A DNA stretch of 26,561 nt from a virus. Its lineage: Duplodnaviria; Caudoviricetes. The position numbers were made by a program, and so were the translations under genes. Below are positions 9,235-15,015 of this stretch, in pieces (position 1 is the stretch's first letter; the number at the start of each line of letters is the position of its first letter). The stretch is from positions 1-26,561 of the IMG/VR virus record IMGVR_UViG_3300007094_000034. One strand, given 5' to 3'. The notes under the pieces were generated by a model that saw nothing but the letters and a program-made list of their open reading frames with translations, made no database searches and was not told where the DNA came from.

Positions 9235-9489
9235 ATGATTTGTAGAACATGTAGCGAGCAAATTGAGCCAGAGAGGCTTGAGGTGTTACCAAATACTGTT
9301 ATGTGTGCTAAATGTGCGCACACTTATAATTTTGTAAAACCTCGCAAAGGCATTATGGTGTTCTCTCATAAAACTGGTGGGGAGCTTGAAGTCATGTCTG
9401 AGTCGTTTTATAACGAAAATAAAAAGTACTTCATTCCAAACGGTACAAGGAGTGCTGTAAAGAATTTCTCGCGGAATGTTTGTGCTTAA
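9235..9489 (+). CDS. DksA/TraR-type C4 zinc-finger protein
   Basis: CRTCSEQIEPERLEVLPNTVMCAKC matches CxxCxxxIxxxRLxxxPxxxxCxxC. Confidence 0.8.
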   Translation: MICRTCSEQIEPERLEVLPNTVMCAKCAHTYNFVKPRKGIMVFSHKTGGELEVMSESFYNENKKYFIPNGTRSAVKNFSRNVCA

Positions 9490-9492
9490 TAT

Positions 9493-9577
9493 GGAAGGGT
9501 GGCAGAGTGGTCTATTGCAGCGGTTTACTAAACCGCCGAGGCGCAAGTCTCCGAGAGTTCGAATCTCTCCTCTTCCG
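9493..9577 (+). tRNA. tRNA-Ser(ACU), A34 anticodon
   Basis: Acceptor GGAAGGG/CTCTTCC with G73; D arm GCAGAGTGGTCTATTGC; anticodon arm GCGGT-TT-ACT-AA-ACCGC; long variable arm; T arm GAGAG-TTCGAAT-CTCTC; no encoded CCA. Confidence 0.92.
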
Positions 9578-9595
9578 CTTTTTAAAAAGTAAATA

Positions 9596-9623
9596 TTGCT
9601 AGTGCCTAAAAGAGATATATAAT
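9596..9623 (+). promoter_or_regulatory. sigma70-like promoter upstream of tRNA-Leu/tilS
   Basis: TTGCTA-N16-TATAAT. Confidence 0.55.
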
Positions 9624-9688
9624 AAGAGGCATATTAAAGAAAGGTTATCCAAACCTTAAAATTGGAAAAGATTTTTGAGATAATTTAC

Positions 9689-9975
9689 GCCCAGGTGGTG
9701 AAATGGCAGACACAAAGGACTTGAAAGTAATTTTGAGCTCTATAAGGGAAACCTTTTAGATGTAACTCGTCAAAGTCGGTGAAGGCTTTAAAATGCTAAT
9801 ACCGAGCCAAGCTTAGAAATAAGAAGGTGTAGAGACTTGACGGCGAGGACCTAATGCGAAAGCAATGGTTAAGGTAAAGTCCGGACTACAAACTGTAAAG
9901 GTAGCGAAAGCTATAGTAGTGCGAAAATCCTTTGCTCTTACGAGCGTGCGGGTTCGAGTCCCGCCCTGGGTACCA
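9689..9975 (+). tRNA. tRNA-Leu(UAA) interrupted by a group I intron (exons 9689-9722 and 9924-9975)
   Basis: Joined exons give acceptor GCCCAGG/CCTGGGT-A-CCA, anticodon arm AAGGA-CT-T^AA-AA-TCCTT, a long variable arm and T arm GCGGG-TTCGAGT-CCCGC. Confidence 0.93.
9723..9923 (+). ncRNA. group I self-splicing intron (IC3-type), 201 nt, no ORF
   Basis: Follows a U and ends in G. P1 with U.G pair and GUAA loop; P2 with GAAA loop; P3 CTCGTC/GGCGAG; P4 TCGGT/ACCGA; P7 GAGACT(9832)/AGTCC(9878); P8 with a CCTAA...ATGG receptor-like motif; P9 GTAGC-GAAA-GCTAT. Confidence 0.93.
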
Positions 9976-9988
9976 TCTTACAAATAAA

Positions 9989-10648
9989 ATGTTAGTCTTC
10001 AATAAGAACTATTTTCCTAAAACTAAATTCATCTTTGCTCTCTCTGGAGGTATTGATAGTATCGCGGCGTGTCACTTTCTTAAAAAGAAAGGTTTTGATT
10101 TTATTGCAGTACATGTGAATAATAAGTTTATTCCGCAAGATGATGATATTGCTAAAACTGTTCAGAGGTTTTGCTATAAACATGAAATACCTCTTAACAC
10201 TATTGTAACAAAAGAGAAATACGTAAAAGGTAGTAAAGAAGACTTTTGTAGAAACGTAAGGTATAAGGCTTTGACAGAGTATGCATCTAAACAAAAGATT
10301 GAATACATTTGTACAGCTCATCACTTAGATGATTGTGTAGAATCTTATTTTCTCAACTTTCTTAAAGGGCATACAGAGTTTGTACCGATTCATTTCTATT
10401 GTAAGTACCCAGAAGCAACGGTATTCAGGCCATTTTTACAGAATAAAAAGCTTGTATTTTCCGACTATGCAGCCCATAATAGTCTTACACAATACGTAAT
10501 AGAAGATGAATTAAACTCAGATTTAACATTAATGAGAAATTGGACTAGAAAAGTTATTTTACCAGAGATTTCAAAGAAATATAAAGGTCTTCACAAGGTT
10601 GTTTTTAAAAAAGTGAAGAAGCATTTGGATGATGTAGTGATGGAGTAA
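9989..10648 (+). CDS. tilS: tRNA(Ile)-lysidine synthetase (short, catalytic domain only, 219 aa)
   Basis: PP-loop ALSGGIDS, AVHVN, E..CRNVRY, TAHHLDDCVE, RPFL, DELN and RNWTR; start moved to ATG 9989, after the tRNA-Leu 3' end. Confidence 0.9.
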   Translation: MLVFNKNYFPKTKFIFALSGGIDSIAACHFLKKKGFDFIAVHVNNKFIPQDDDIAKTVQRFCYKHEIPLNTIVTKEKYVKGSKEDFCRNVRYKALTEYASKQKIEYICTAHHLDDCVESYFLNFLKGHTEFVPIHFYCKYPEATVFRPFLQNKKLVFSDYAAHNSLTQYVIEDELNSDLTLMRNWTRKVILPEISKKYKGLHKVVFKKVKKHLDDVVME

Positions 10649-10657
10649 GAATTTTAT

Positions 10658-10732
10658 GCCCTTGTAGCTCAATGGTCAGAGCGTCCGGCTCATAACCGGT
10701 TGATGCGGGTTCAAATCCCGACTGGGGCACCA
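10658..10732 (+). tRNA. tRNA with CAU anticodon, probably tRNA-Ile2 (lysidine)
   Basis: GCCCTTG...TCCGG-CT-CAT-AA-CCGGT...TTCAAAT...CTGGGGC-A-CCA; C4-G69 and A73; immediately downstream of tilS. Confidence 0.85.
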
Positions 10733-10748
10733 TTTTAAGCACAGTTTG

Positions 10749-10934
10749 ATGAGAAAGAATCCAGATAATGTAAATTATAGTTTCGTAAAAATAGAAAAGA
10801 CTCAGAAATTAAATTCTAAAAACAGAAACGATATTTTAAAGAAAATTAGATTGTTAAAAGAAAAACAAAAAACTAACTGGGATTCTAAAACACATAATAA
10901 AATACTAAGTTTGCAAAAACAAATAAAGATATAA
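10749..10934 (+). CDS. small basic hypothetical protein
   Basis: Lys-rich ORF filling the gap between the tRNA and the next gene. Confidence 0.45.
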   Translation: MRKNPDNVNYSFVKIEKTQKLNSKNRNDILKKIRLLKEKQKTNWDSKTHNKILSLQKQIKI

Positions 10935-10943
10935 ATAACATAA

Positions 10944-11177
10944 ATGAAACGCTTCGACGAAAAATGTAATACAGTATTAAAAGGTCTTGCTTACGGTAAG
11001 ACGACTAAGGAGATTGCTAAGAAGCATGACACAACCGAAGCTAAGATTAAAAAAGAGATCAACAAAGGCGCTAAGATTGAATTCGAGCACACTAAAAATA
11101 AAACGGCTGCAAAGCGTATAGCTAAAGATCACGTGTTCGAGAAACCAAAGTATTATACAGATAATCCAAAGATTTAA
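10944..11177 (+). CDS. DUF5661-like phage protein
   Basis: GAKIEFEHT...AKRIAKDH..E.PKYY motif; full TATAAATA at 10930-10937. Confidence 0.75.
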   Translation: MKRFDEKCNTVLKGLAYGKTTKEIAKKHDTTEAKIKKEINKGAKIEFEHTKNKTAAKRIAKDHVFEKPKYYTDNPKI

Positions 11178-11183
11178 ATAAAT

Positions 11184-11269
11184 GGGTGTGCGGCGAAGCT
11201 GGAGAGTCGCAGCAGACTGTAAATCTGTTACCATTGGTTGAGTTGGTTCGAATCCATCCACACCCACCA
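11184..11269 (+). tRNA. tRNA-Tyr(GUA)
   Basis: Acceptor GGGTGTG/CACACCC-A-CCA; anticodon arm GCAGA-CT-GTA-AA-TCTGT; long variable arm; TTCGAAT loop. Confidence 0.92.
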
Positions 11270-11274
11270 TTTTT

Positions 11275-11445
11275 ATGAACGAAACAGAAAAACAAGAAAA
11301 AGTGTATCAACTCACTAAAGAACTAGAAGACACCAAGCGTCGTAAGAAAGATGTAGCACGTGCTTGGTCTAATGAGATTAGACGTCTTCAAGATGAAATT
11401 AGAAATATCATCAACCCACCGGAGCTCAACGAAGAGTTGCCTTAA
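11275..11445 (+). CDS. small coiled-coil hypothetical protein (56 aa, MNETEKQEKVYQLTKELE...)
   Basis: Manual translation; fills the inter-tRNA gap on the sense strand. Confidence 0.65.
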   Translation: MNETEKQEKVYQLTKELEDTKRRKKDVARAWSNEIRRLQDEIRNIINPPELNEELP

Positions 11446-11470
11446 TAGAATTATATTATAATATATCTGT

Positions 11471-11593
11471 ATGAAAACAATTATTAGTATCGTTATTACA
11501 GTTTGTGTTGCTTTTACTTTTTCGAGCTGTGCAGCTAAGAAAGCTGTAAAGCCTGATTGCAAAACAGTTTGCAAGGCAGTCTGCAATAAGTAA
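11471..11593 (+). CDS. small putative lipoprotein (40 aa)
   Basis: MKTIISIVITVCVAFTFSSCAAKKAVKPDCKTVCKAVCNK: signal peptide, lipobox-like FSS-C and a C-x3-C-x3-C tail. Confidence 0.6.
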   Translation: MKTIISIVITVCVAFTFSSCAAKKAVKPDCKTVCKAVCNK

Positions 11594-11602
11594 GATTTAT
11601 AT

Positions 11603-11675
11603 CGCGGGTGGCTAGGCCGGGTGGTCTGATGTGTCTCATAAGCACATAATCCGAGTTCAACTCTCGGGCCCGCTA
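11603..11675 (+). tRNA. atypical tRNA-Met(CAU), initiator-like acceptor
   Basis: CGCGGGT/GCCCGCT-A with C1.U72 mismatch; TGTGT-CT-CAT-AA-GCACA; CCGAG-TTCAACT-CTCGG; non-canonical D arm. Confidence 0.75.
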
Positions 11676-11686
11676 TTTACTTTTTT

Positions 11687-11761
11687 GCCGACATAGCTCA
11701 GCGGTAGAGCAACGGTTTTGTAAACCGTCGGTCCCCGGTTCGATCCCGGGTGTCGGCTCCA
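11687..11761 (+). tRNA. tRNA-Thr(UGU)
   Basis: GCCGACA/TGTCGGC-T-CCA; ACGGT-TT-TGT-AA-ACCGT; canonical D and T arms. Confidence 0.96.
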
Positions 11762-11774
11762 TTTAAAAATATAT

Positions 11775-11856
11775 TCCTCGTTAGTAGAATGGTAAATACA
11801 CCCGACTGTTAATCGGGAGCTGAAAAGCACTCTTGGTTCAAGTCCAAGACGAGGAG
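11775..11856 (+). tRNA. tRNA-Asn(GUU) with long variable arm
   Basis: TCCTCGT/ACGAGGA-G; CCCGA-CT-GTT-AA-TCGGG; variable hairpin GCT-GAAA-AGC; CTTGG-TTCAAGT-CCAAG. Confidence 0.9.
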
Positions 11857-11857
11857 C

Positions 11858-12385
11858 TTATTCCCAGGGTTTTAATCCTAAAGAACGTCTTCCATTACCT
11901 CTATTCTTATTACCAAAAGTTGGGCTTAAGGCATCACAGTTCAAACAAACCATTCGTAAATTGTCTGGAAAATTATTAGAAGCATTACCATCTATATGAT
12001 CAAGCCAAAGCGGTATCGGGTTATTCTGCCATGTTACATTGTTACAACAAGTACACCTATATCCATCTCTTTCAATAACCAATTCTCGAAGTTTAGATCT
12101 GTATTTGAGTTTTCCAGCATTAAAAAGCTCTTGCCGTTTCATCTGATTTTTTTTAATCTTATAAGTAACAGCACAAACATTTGAACAATAAATTTTATGT
12201 CCTTTCTTGATTTCACCTGGAGTTCGTATTATGCTCTTTGAGCAATTTAAACAACTCGCAATTTGTTCAGGTTTTATTCTGCTAGGCCTATTCACATTAT
12301 TATGTGAAGCTGCACAGCTACTAGAGCAAAATAACTTTTGAAATTTTTTTGTCAGTTTTTCATTGCATTTTAAACACTTGTTCAT
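11858..12385 (-). CDS. free-standing HNH homing endonuclease with N-terminal Cys-rich zinc-binding repeats
   Basis: RDGYRCTCC...LWLDHIDGNASNNFPDNLRMVCLNC; two CxxC...CSxxC repeats; start chosen at ATG 12385, 7 nt after a TAAGTA motif. Confidence 0.88.
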   Translation of the reverse strand: MNKCLKCNEKLTKKFQKLFCSSSCAASHNNVNRPSRIKPEQIASCLNCSKSIIRTPGEIKKGHKIYCSNVCAVTYKIKKNQMKRQELFNAGKLKYRSKLRELVIERDGYRCTCCNNVTWQNNPIPLWLDHIDGNASNNFPDNLRMVCLNCDALSPTFGNKNRGNGRRSLGLKPWE

Positions 12386-12433
12386 ATAATAATACTTATT
12401 CGAAACCATGACCATTTTCTCGAAAAAATATTA

Positions 12434-12464
12434 CTCGTAGGTTCGAATCCTACCTTGCCAGCCA
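12434..12464 (+). pseudogene. orphan 3' half of a tRNA (Gln-like): T arm plus 3' acceptor strand and CCA
   Basis: GTAGG-TTCGAAT-CCTAC-CTTGCCA-G-CCA; no complementary 5' strand, D arm or anticodon arm upstream. Confidence 0.75.
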
Positions 12465-12471
12465 TTAAATT

Positions 12472-12633
12472 ATGTACAAAGTAGAAAGAAAACCAGCAGA
12501 AGAGAAAGCTGAATGGTATGAGGTTATGCTCTCGCCATTTAAAACTATTAAAGAAACTGAAGAGTACATAGAAAAGTACAAGCACTATTACCCTGTAGAA
12601 GATCAGCAATATAGGGTAACAGAGATTAAATAA
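12472..12633 (+). CDS. small hypothetical protein (53 aa, MYKVERKPAEEKAEWYEV...)
   Basis: Manual translation; fills the gap between the tRNA fragment and tRNA-Glu. Confidence 0.65.
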   Translation: MYKVERKPAEEKAEWYEVMLSPFKTIKETEEYIEKYKHYYPVEDQQYRVTEIK

Positions 12634-12639
12634 CATTCT

Positions 12640-12711
12640 GCTCCCATAGTGTAATGGTTAGCACACTACCCTTTCACGGTGGTAGTAGGGGTTCAAATCC
12701 CCTTGGGAGTG
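12640..12711 (+). tRNA. tRNA-Glu(UUC)
   Basis: GCTCCCA/TGGGAGT-G; CTACC-CT-TTC-AC-GGTGG; AGGGG-TTCAAAT-CCCCT. Confidence 0.93.
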
Positions 12712-12713
12712 CT

Positions 12714-12911
12714 TTAAGCTTCAGAGCCAGCTCCAGCGCTACCTGCTTCAGCGCTAGCATCAGATTCACCAGAGCCGCCATACCCAGGTAGTCCCCAAGG
12801 TCCCCAATAACCATAAGGTACTAGAGCTTTACTTTTAGCACGCTTCTTCTTTTTCTTTTTGTTTTTCTTTTCTTCTATTAAAACAAATTCAACGAGTTCT
12901 GAGAAGTTCAT
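12714..12911 (-). CDS. small basic/Gly-rich late protein (65 aa)
   Basis: TAAATA on the minus strand at 12921-12926; MNFSELVEFVLIEE, poly-Lys, YGYWGPWG and a G/S/A/E tail. Confidence 0.75.
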   Translation of the reverse strand: MNFSELVEFVLIEEKKNKKKKKKRAKSKALVPYGYWGPWGLPGYGGSGESDASAEAGSAGAGSEA

Positions 12912-12920
12912 TATACTCTA

Positions 12921-12946
12921 TATTTATTACACAAAATAGATAAATA
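12921..12946. promoter_or_regulatory. divergent pair of T4-type late-promoter motifs (TAAATA)
   Basis: TATTTA at 12921-12926 lies 9 nt before the minus-strand ATG 12911; TAAATA at 12941-12946 lies 8 nt before ATG 12955. The same motif recurs before about 10 genes. Confidence 0.65.
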
Positions 12947-12954
12947 TAATTAGT

Positions 12955-13290
12955 ATGAGTAAATTTGATGAATTATTAAAATCTGTATCTGAAGATGTAA
13001 CAGGTATTAAGTTTAGATCTCCACGTGAGCATGGTAGTGAGAATGAAACCACTGGTCACCCTCCTGGAGATGAAGGTTATGATACTGAGAATGTTGACTA
13101 TTCTGAAACATCAACAGATCTCGAAACAGAAATTAAAGACTTGATAATGAATTCTCATAAGTATGCTCCTTCTATTATTGAAGATGAAGAAGCAATTCAA
13201 GACGCTATAAGAGAGTTTTTAGGTAAGATCGGTTACACTCAAGAAGAAGCTGAAGAAAAAGAAGAAGAAGATACAGAAGATTTTTCATAA
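12955..13290 (+). CDS. acidic late hypothetical protein (111 aa)
   Basis: TAAATA upstream; MSKFDELLKSVSED N-terminus; highly acidic. Confidence 0.8.
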   Translation: MSKFDELLKSVSEDVTGIKFRSPREHGSENETTGHPPGDEGYDTENVDYSETSTDLETEIKDLIMNSHKYAPSIIEDEEAIQDAIREFLGKIGYTQEEAEEKEEEDTEDFS

Positions 13291-14370
13291 AAACTGCTTA
13301 AGCAGTTTGATATATTGTACCTTCGTAATTTCTTTATTATCTAACACACTAAAAGCGAGCGGGGCTTTATTGCAGTTTTTATATGTTGTAATAATACATT
13401 CTGCTTGTTCTTTTCTTGTTTTAAAGCCTCTAATGCTATGTATAAAATCTTTTATACTATCTAAAGCTTTTAAAACATCTTCCCAAGCATTTGTTATCCT
13501 CGCTATCTGCTCTTGAAGTTGTTTAGCTATCTCAAAATCAAATTCTGTTTCAATTTTTGTATAGAATTCATCATAGGGTGGTGTACCAGACTCTATAAAA
13601 TATTCTATAAGGTTTTCTTCTGAGTTTAATTGAGATTTAACTCGATGTATAAAGCAGTACCAATCTGACTTTATTTTAACTCTATTTTGATTATTGTTAT
13701 AACAAAGTACAATGCCTTCCTTACCTTTCCAGTTTTTTACAAATTGCGATATACCGGTAACATCGTGTATGTTATCCATTCTATAAGTTTGAGGCATCGA
13801 TACACAACCTGTTTTTCTCCACACATCAACAAGATCATAAGAAGGCAATACTTGCAGAGTGTCTTTATTAACCGCTCCTAACAAATAAAATTCAATGTCT
13901 TTAGGTCTAATAACTATAACATTGTTCGGTGTTACAATCTCAAATAATAAACTAAGATGATTATTTTCTTTTAAAAATTCAACGACTTTTGGATATTTTT
14001 CCGGTAGTAGCTCAAAATCTTTTGAGTTTTCTTGTTTAATATAAGACGCTGTACCACGAGTTCTCATATTAAATTTACCGTTTACAAAATCAGCTATTAA
14101 CAAAGAACCGTCTAATTTGTCTTGTATAGACCAATCTTTAAAAGTGTTTGGGTCAGGGTACAGGTCAGGTTTTTCCCCTACGTTAAAAAACTTAGGCCAC
14201 CCAGAAGATAAAACGTTCCCTTCTTTATCTGTAATAAGTGACCGATAAAAGAGGTTATTCGCGTCCCACTTTGCATCAATTTCTGGGGTAATTAAATAAG
14301 AGTCTATTTCACAAAAACTACACGGTGTAACACGAAAACACCCACCGTCAATAGGTAATACAACTTTCAT
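13285..14370 (-). CDS. T4 Rnl1-like RNA ligase
   Basis: PKFFN, motif I KLDGSL, RTRG, FEIV.P.N.IVI, motif IV EGIV and motif V KIKS.WY. Confidence 0.88.
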   Translation of the reverse strand: MKVVLPIDGGCFRVTPCSFCEIDSYLITPEIDAKWDANNLFYRSLITDKEGNVLSSGWPKFFNVGEKPDLYPDPNTFKDWSIQDKLDGSLLIADFVNGKFNMRTRGTASYIKQENSKDFELLPEKYPKVVEFLKENNHLSLLFEIVTPNNVIVIRPKDIEFYLLGAVNKDTLQVLPSYDLVDVWRKTGCVSMPQTYRMDNIHDVTGISQFVKNWKGKEGIVLCYNNNQNRVKIKSDWYCFIHRVKSQLNSEENLIEYFIESGTPPYDEFYTKIETEFDFEIAKQLQEQIARITNAWEDVLKALDSIKDFIHSIRGFKTRKEQAECIITTYKNCNKAPLAFSVLDNKEITKVQYIKLLKQFL

Positions 14371-14382
14371 AGTGCCCGTTTC

Positions 14383-14973
14383 TCAAACAATGAGAAAACG
14401 GTAAATAAAGACTCTAACTTTCTCAATATAGCTTGAGAGTTTATGTAGCGCTCTTGTAGTAGTAAGCCAGAACCAATTCCAGCCACTATACTTCGCTACG
14501 AAACGTTTTGCTCTATTTTTAAATTTTTTATGTTCAGCAAAAAGACTATCTAACTGATCTCTTTTAACTTCAAATTTCTTAAATTCCGCAACCTCTATTT
14601 TATCGAGTTTACCATATGTAAAATATGCATCATAGTCAATAAAAAAGTCGTTATTATCATCAAACCGTTCAAAGCAGTAAAAACGTATAACACCGTGGTG
14701 GTTTAATTCTTTTTCTTCTCTACTTTTTTCTATAACATCTTTGAAAAGACTCCACTTTGGAGCAGTTTTTTTCTCTTCATCAGTCCAATGTACATACTCT
14801 CTTTCAATAATAACTTCAATAAGTTTACCGTTTTCGGAAATTATATATTCAGAAAGACAATTATCGAGATCTTTAGTTTGGTACTCTACCTTCTCCCAAT
14901 CGATATCAAGCCCTTTTACTTCCTCTGGTAGAGGTAATTGTGTTTTTATTTTTATAGTGTCGTACATTCCCAT
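14383..14973 (-). CDS. phage hypothetical protein (MGMYD...QTKD-type)
   Basis: MGMYDTI, YQTKDLDN.L..Y.I and HHGVIRFY resemble a recurrent phage family. Confidence 0.8.
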   Translation of the reverse strand: MGMYDTIKIKTQLPLPEEVKGLDIDWEKVEYQTKDLDNCLSEYIISENGKLIEVIIEREYVHWTDEEKKTAPKWSLFKDVIEKSREEKELNHHGVIRFYCFERFDDNNDFFIDYDAYFTYGKLDKIEVAEFKKFEVKRDQLDSLFAEHKKFKNRAKRFVAKYSGWNWFWLTTTRALHKLSSYIEKVRVFIYRFLIV

Positions 14974-15015
14974 ATTAAAAATATAAAGTAATTATCTTAA
15001 AAAGCAATAAAAAAA

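Noticed and set aside
9521-9536. Reading the tRNA-Ser loop as an amber (CUA) or ochre (UUA) suppressor, since TTA and CTA occur in TTTACTAAA
   Set aside because: The stem GCGGT/ACCGC centres the 7-nt loop on ACT; CTA and TTA are off-register.
9641-9666. Calling the pseudoknot a preQ1-I riboswitch
   Set aside because: Similar size and topology, but the loops are too short, the longer A-rich tail is missing, and no queuosine-related gene follows; kept only as an unnamed structure.
9932-9988. N-terminal extension of TilS given in the ORF track
   Set aside because: It is a translation of tRNA-Leu exon 2; ATG 9989 is the plausible start.
12434-12464. tRNA 3' fragment as a prophage/island attachment-site duplication
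   Set aside because: No integrase and no second copy of the sequence in the window; the context is a phage tRNA array next to an HNH gene.
9286-12636. Minus-strand ORFs 9286-9546, 9992-10324, 10977-11270, 11122-11310, 11323-11586 and 12382-12636
   Set aside because: Antisense shadows of tRNAs and better-supported plus-strand genes (for example VGFEPT is the reverse-translated T loop).
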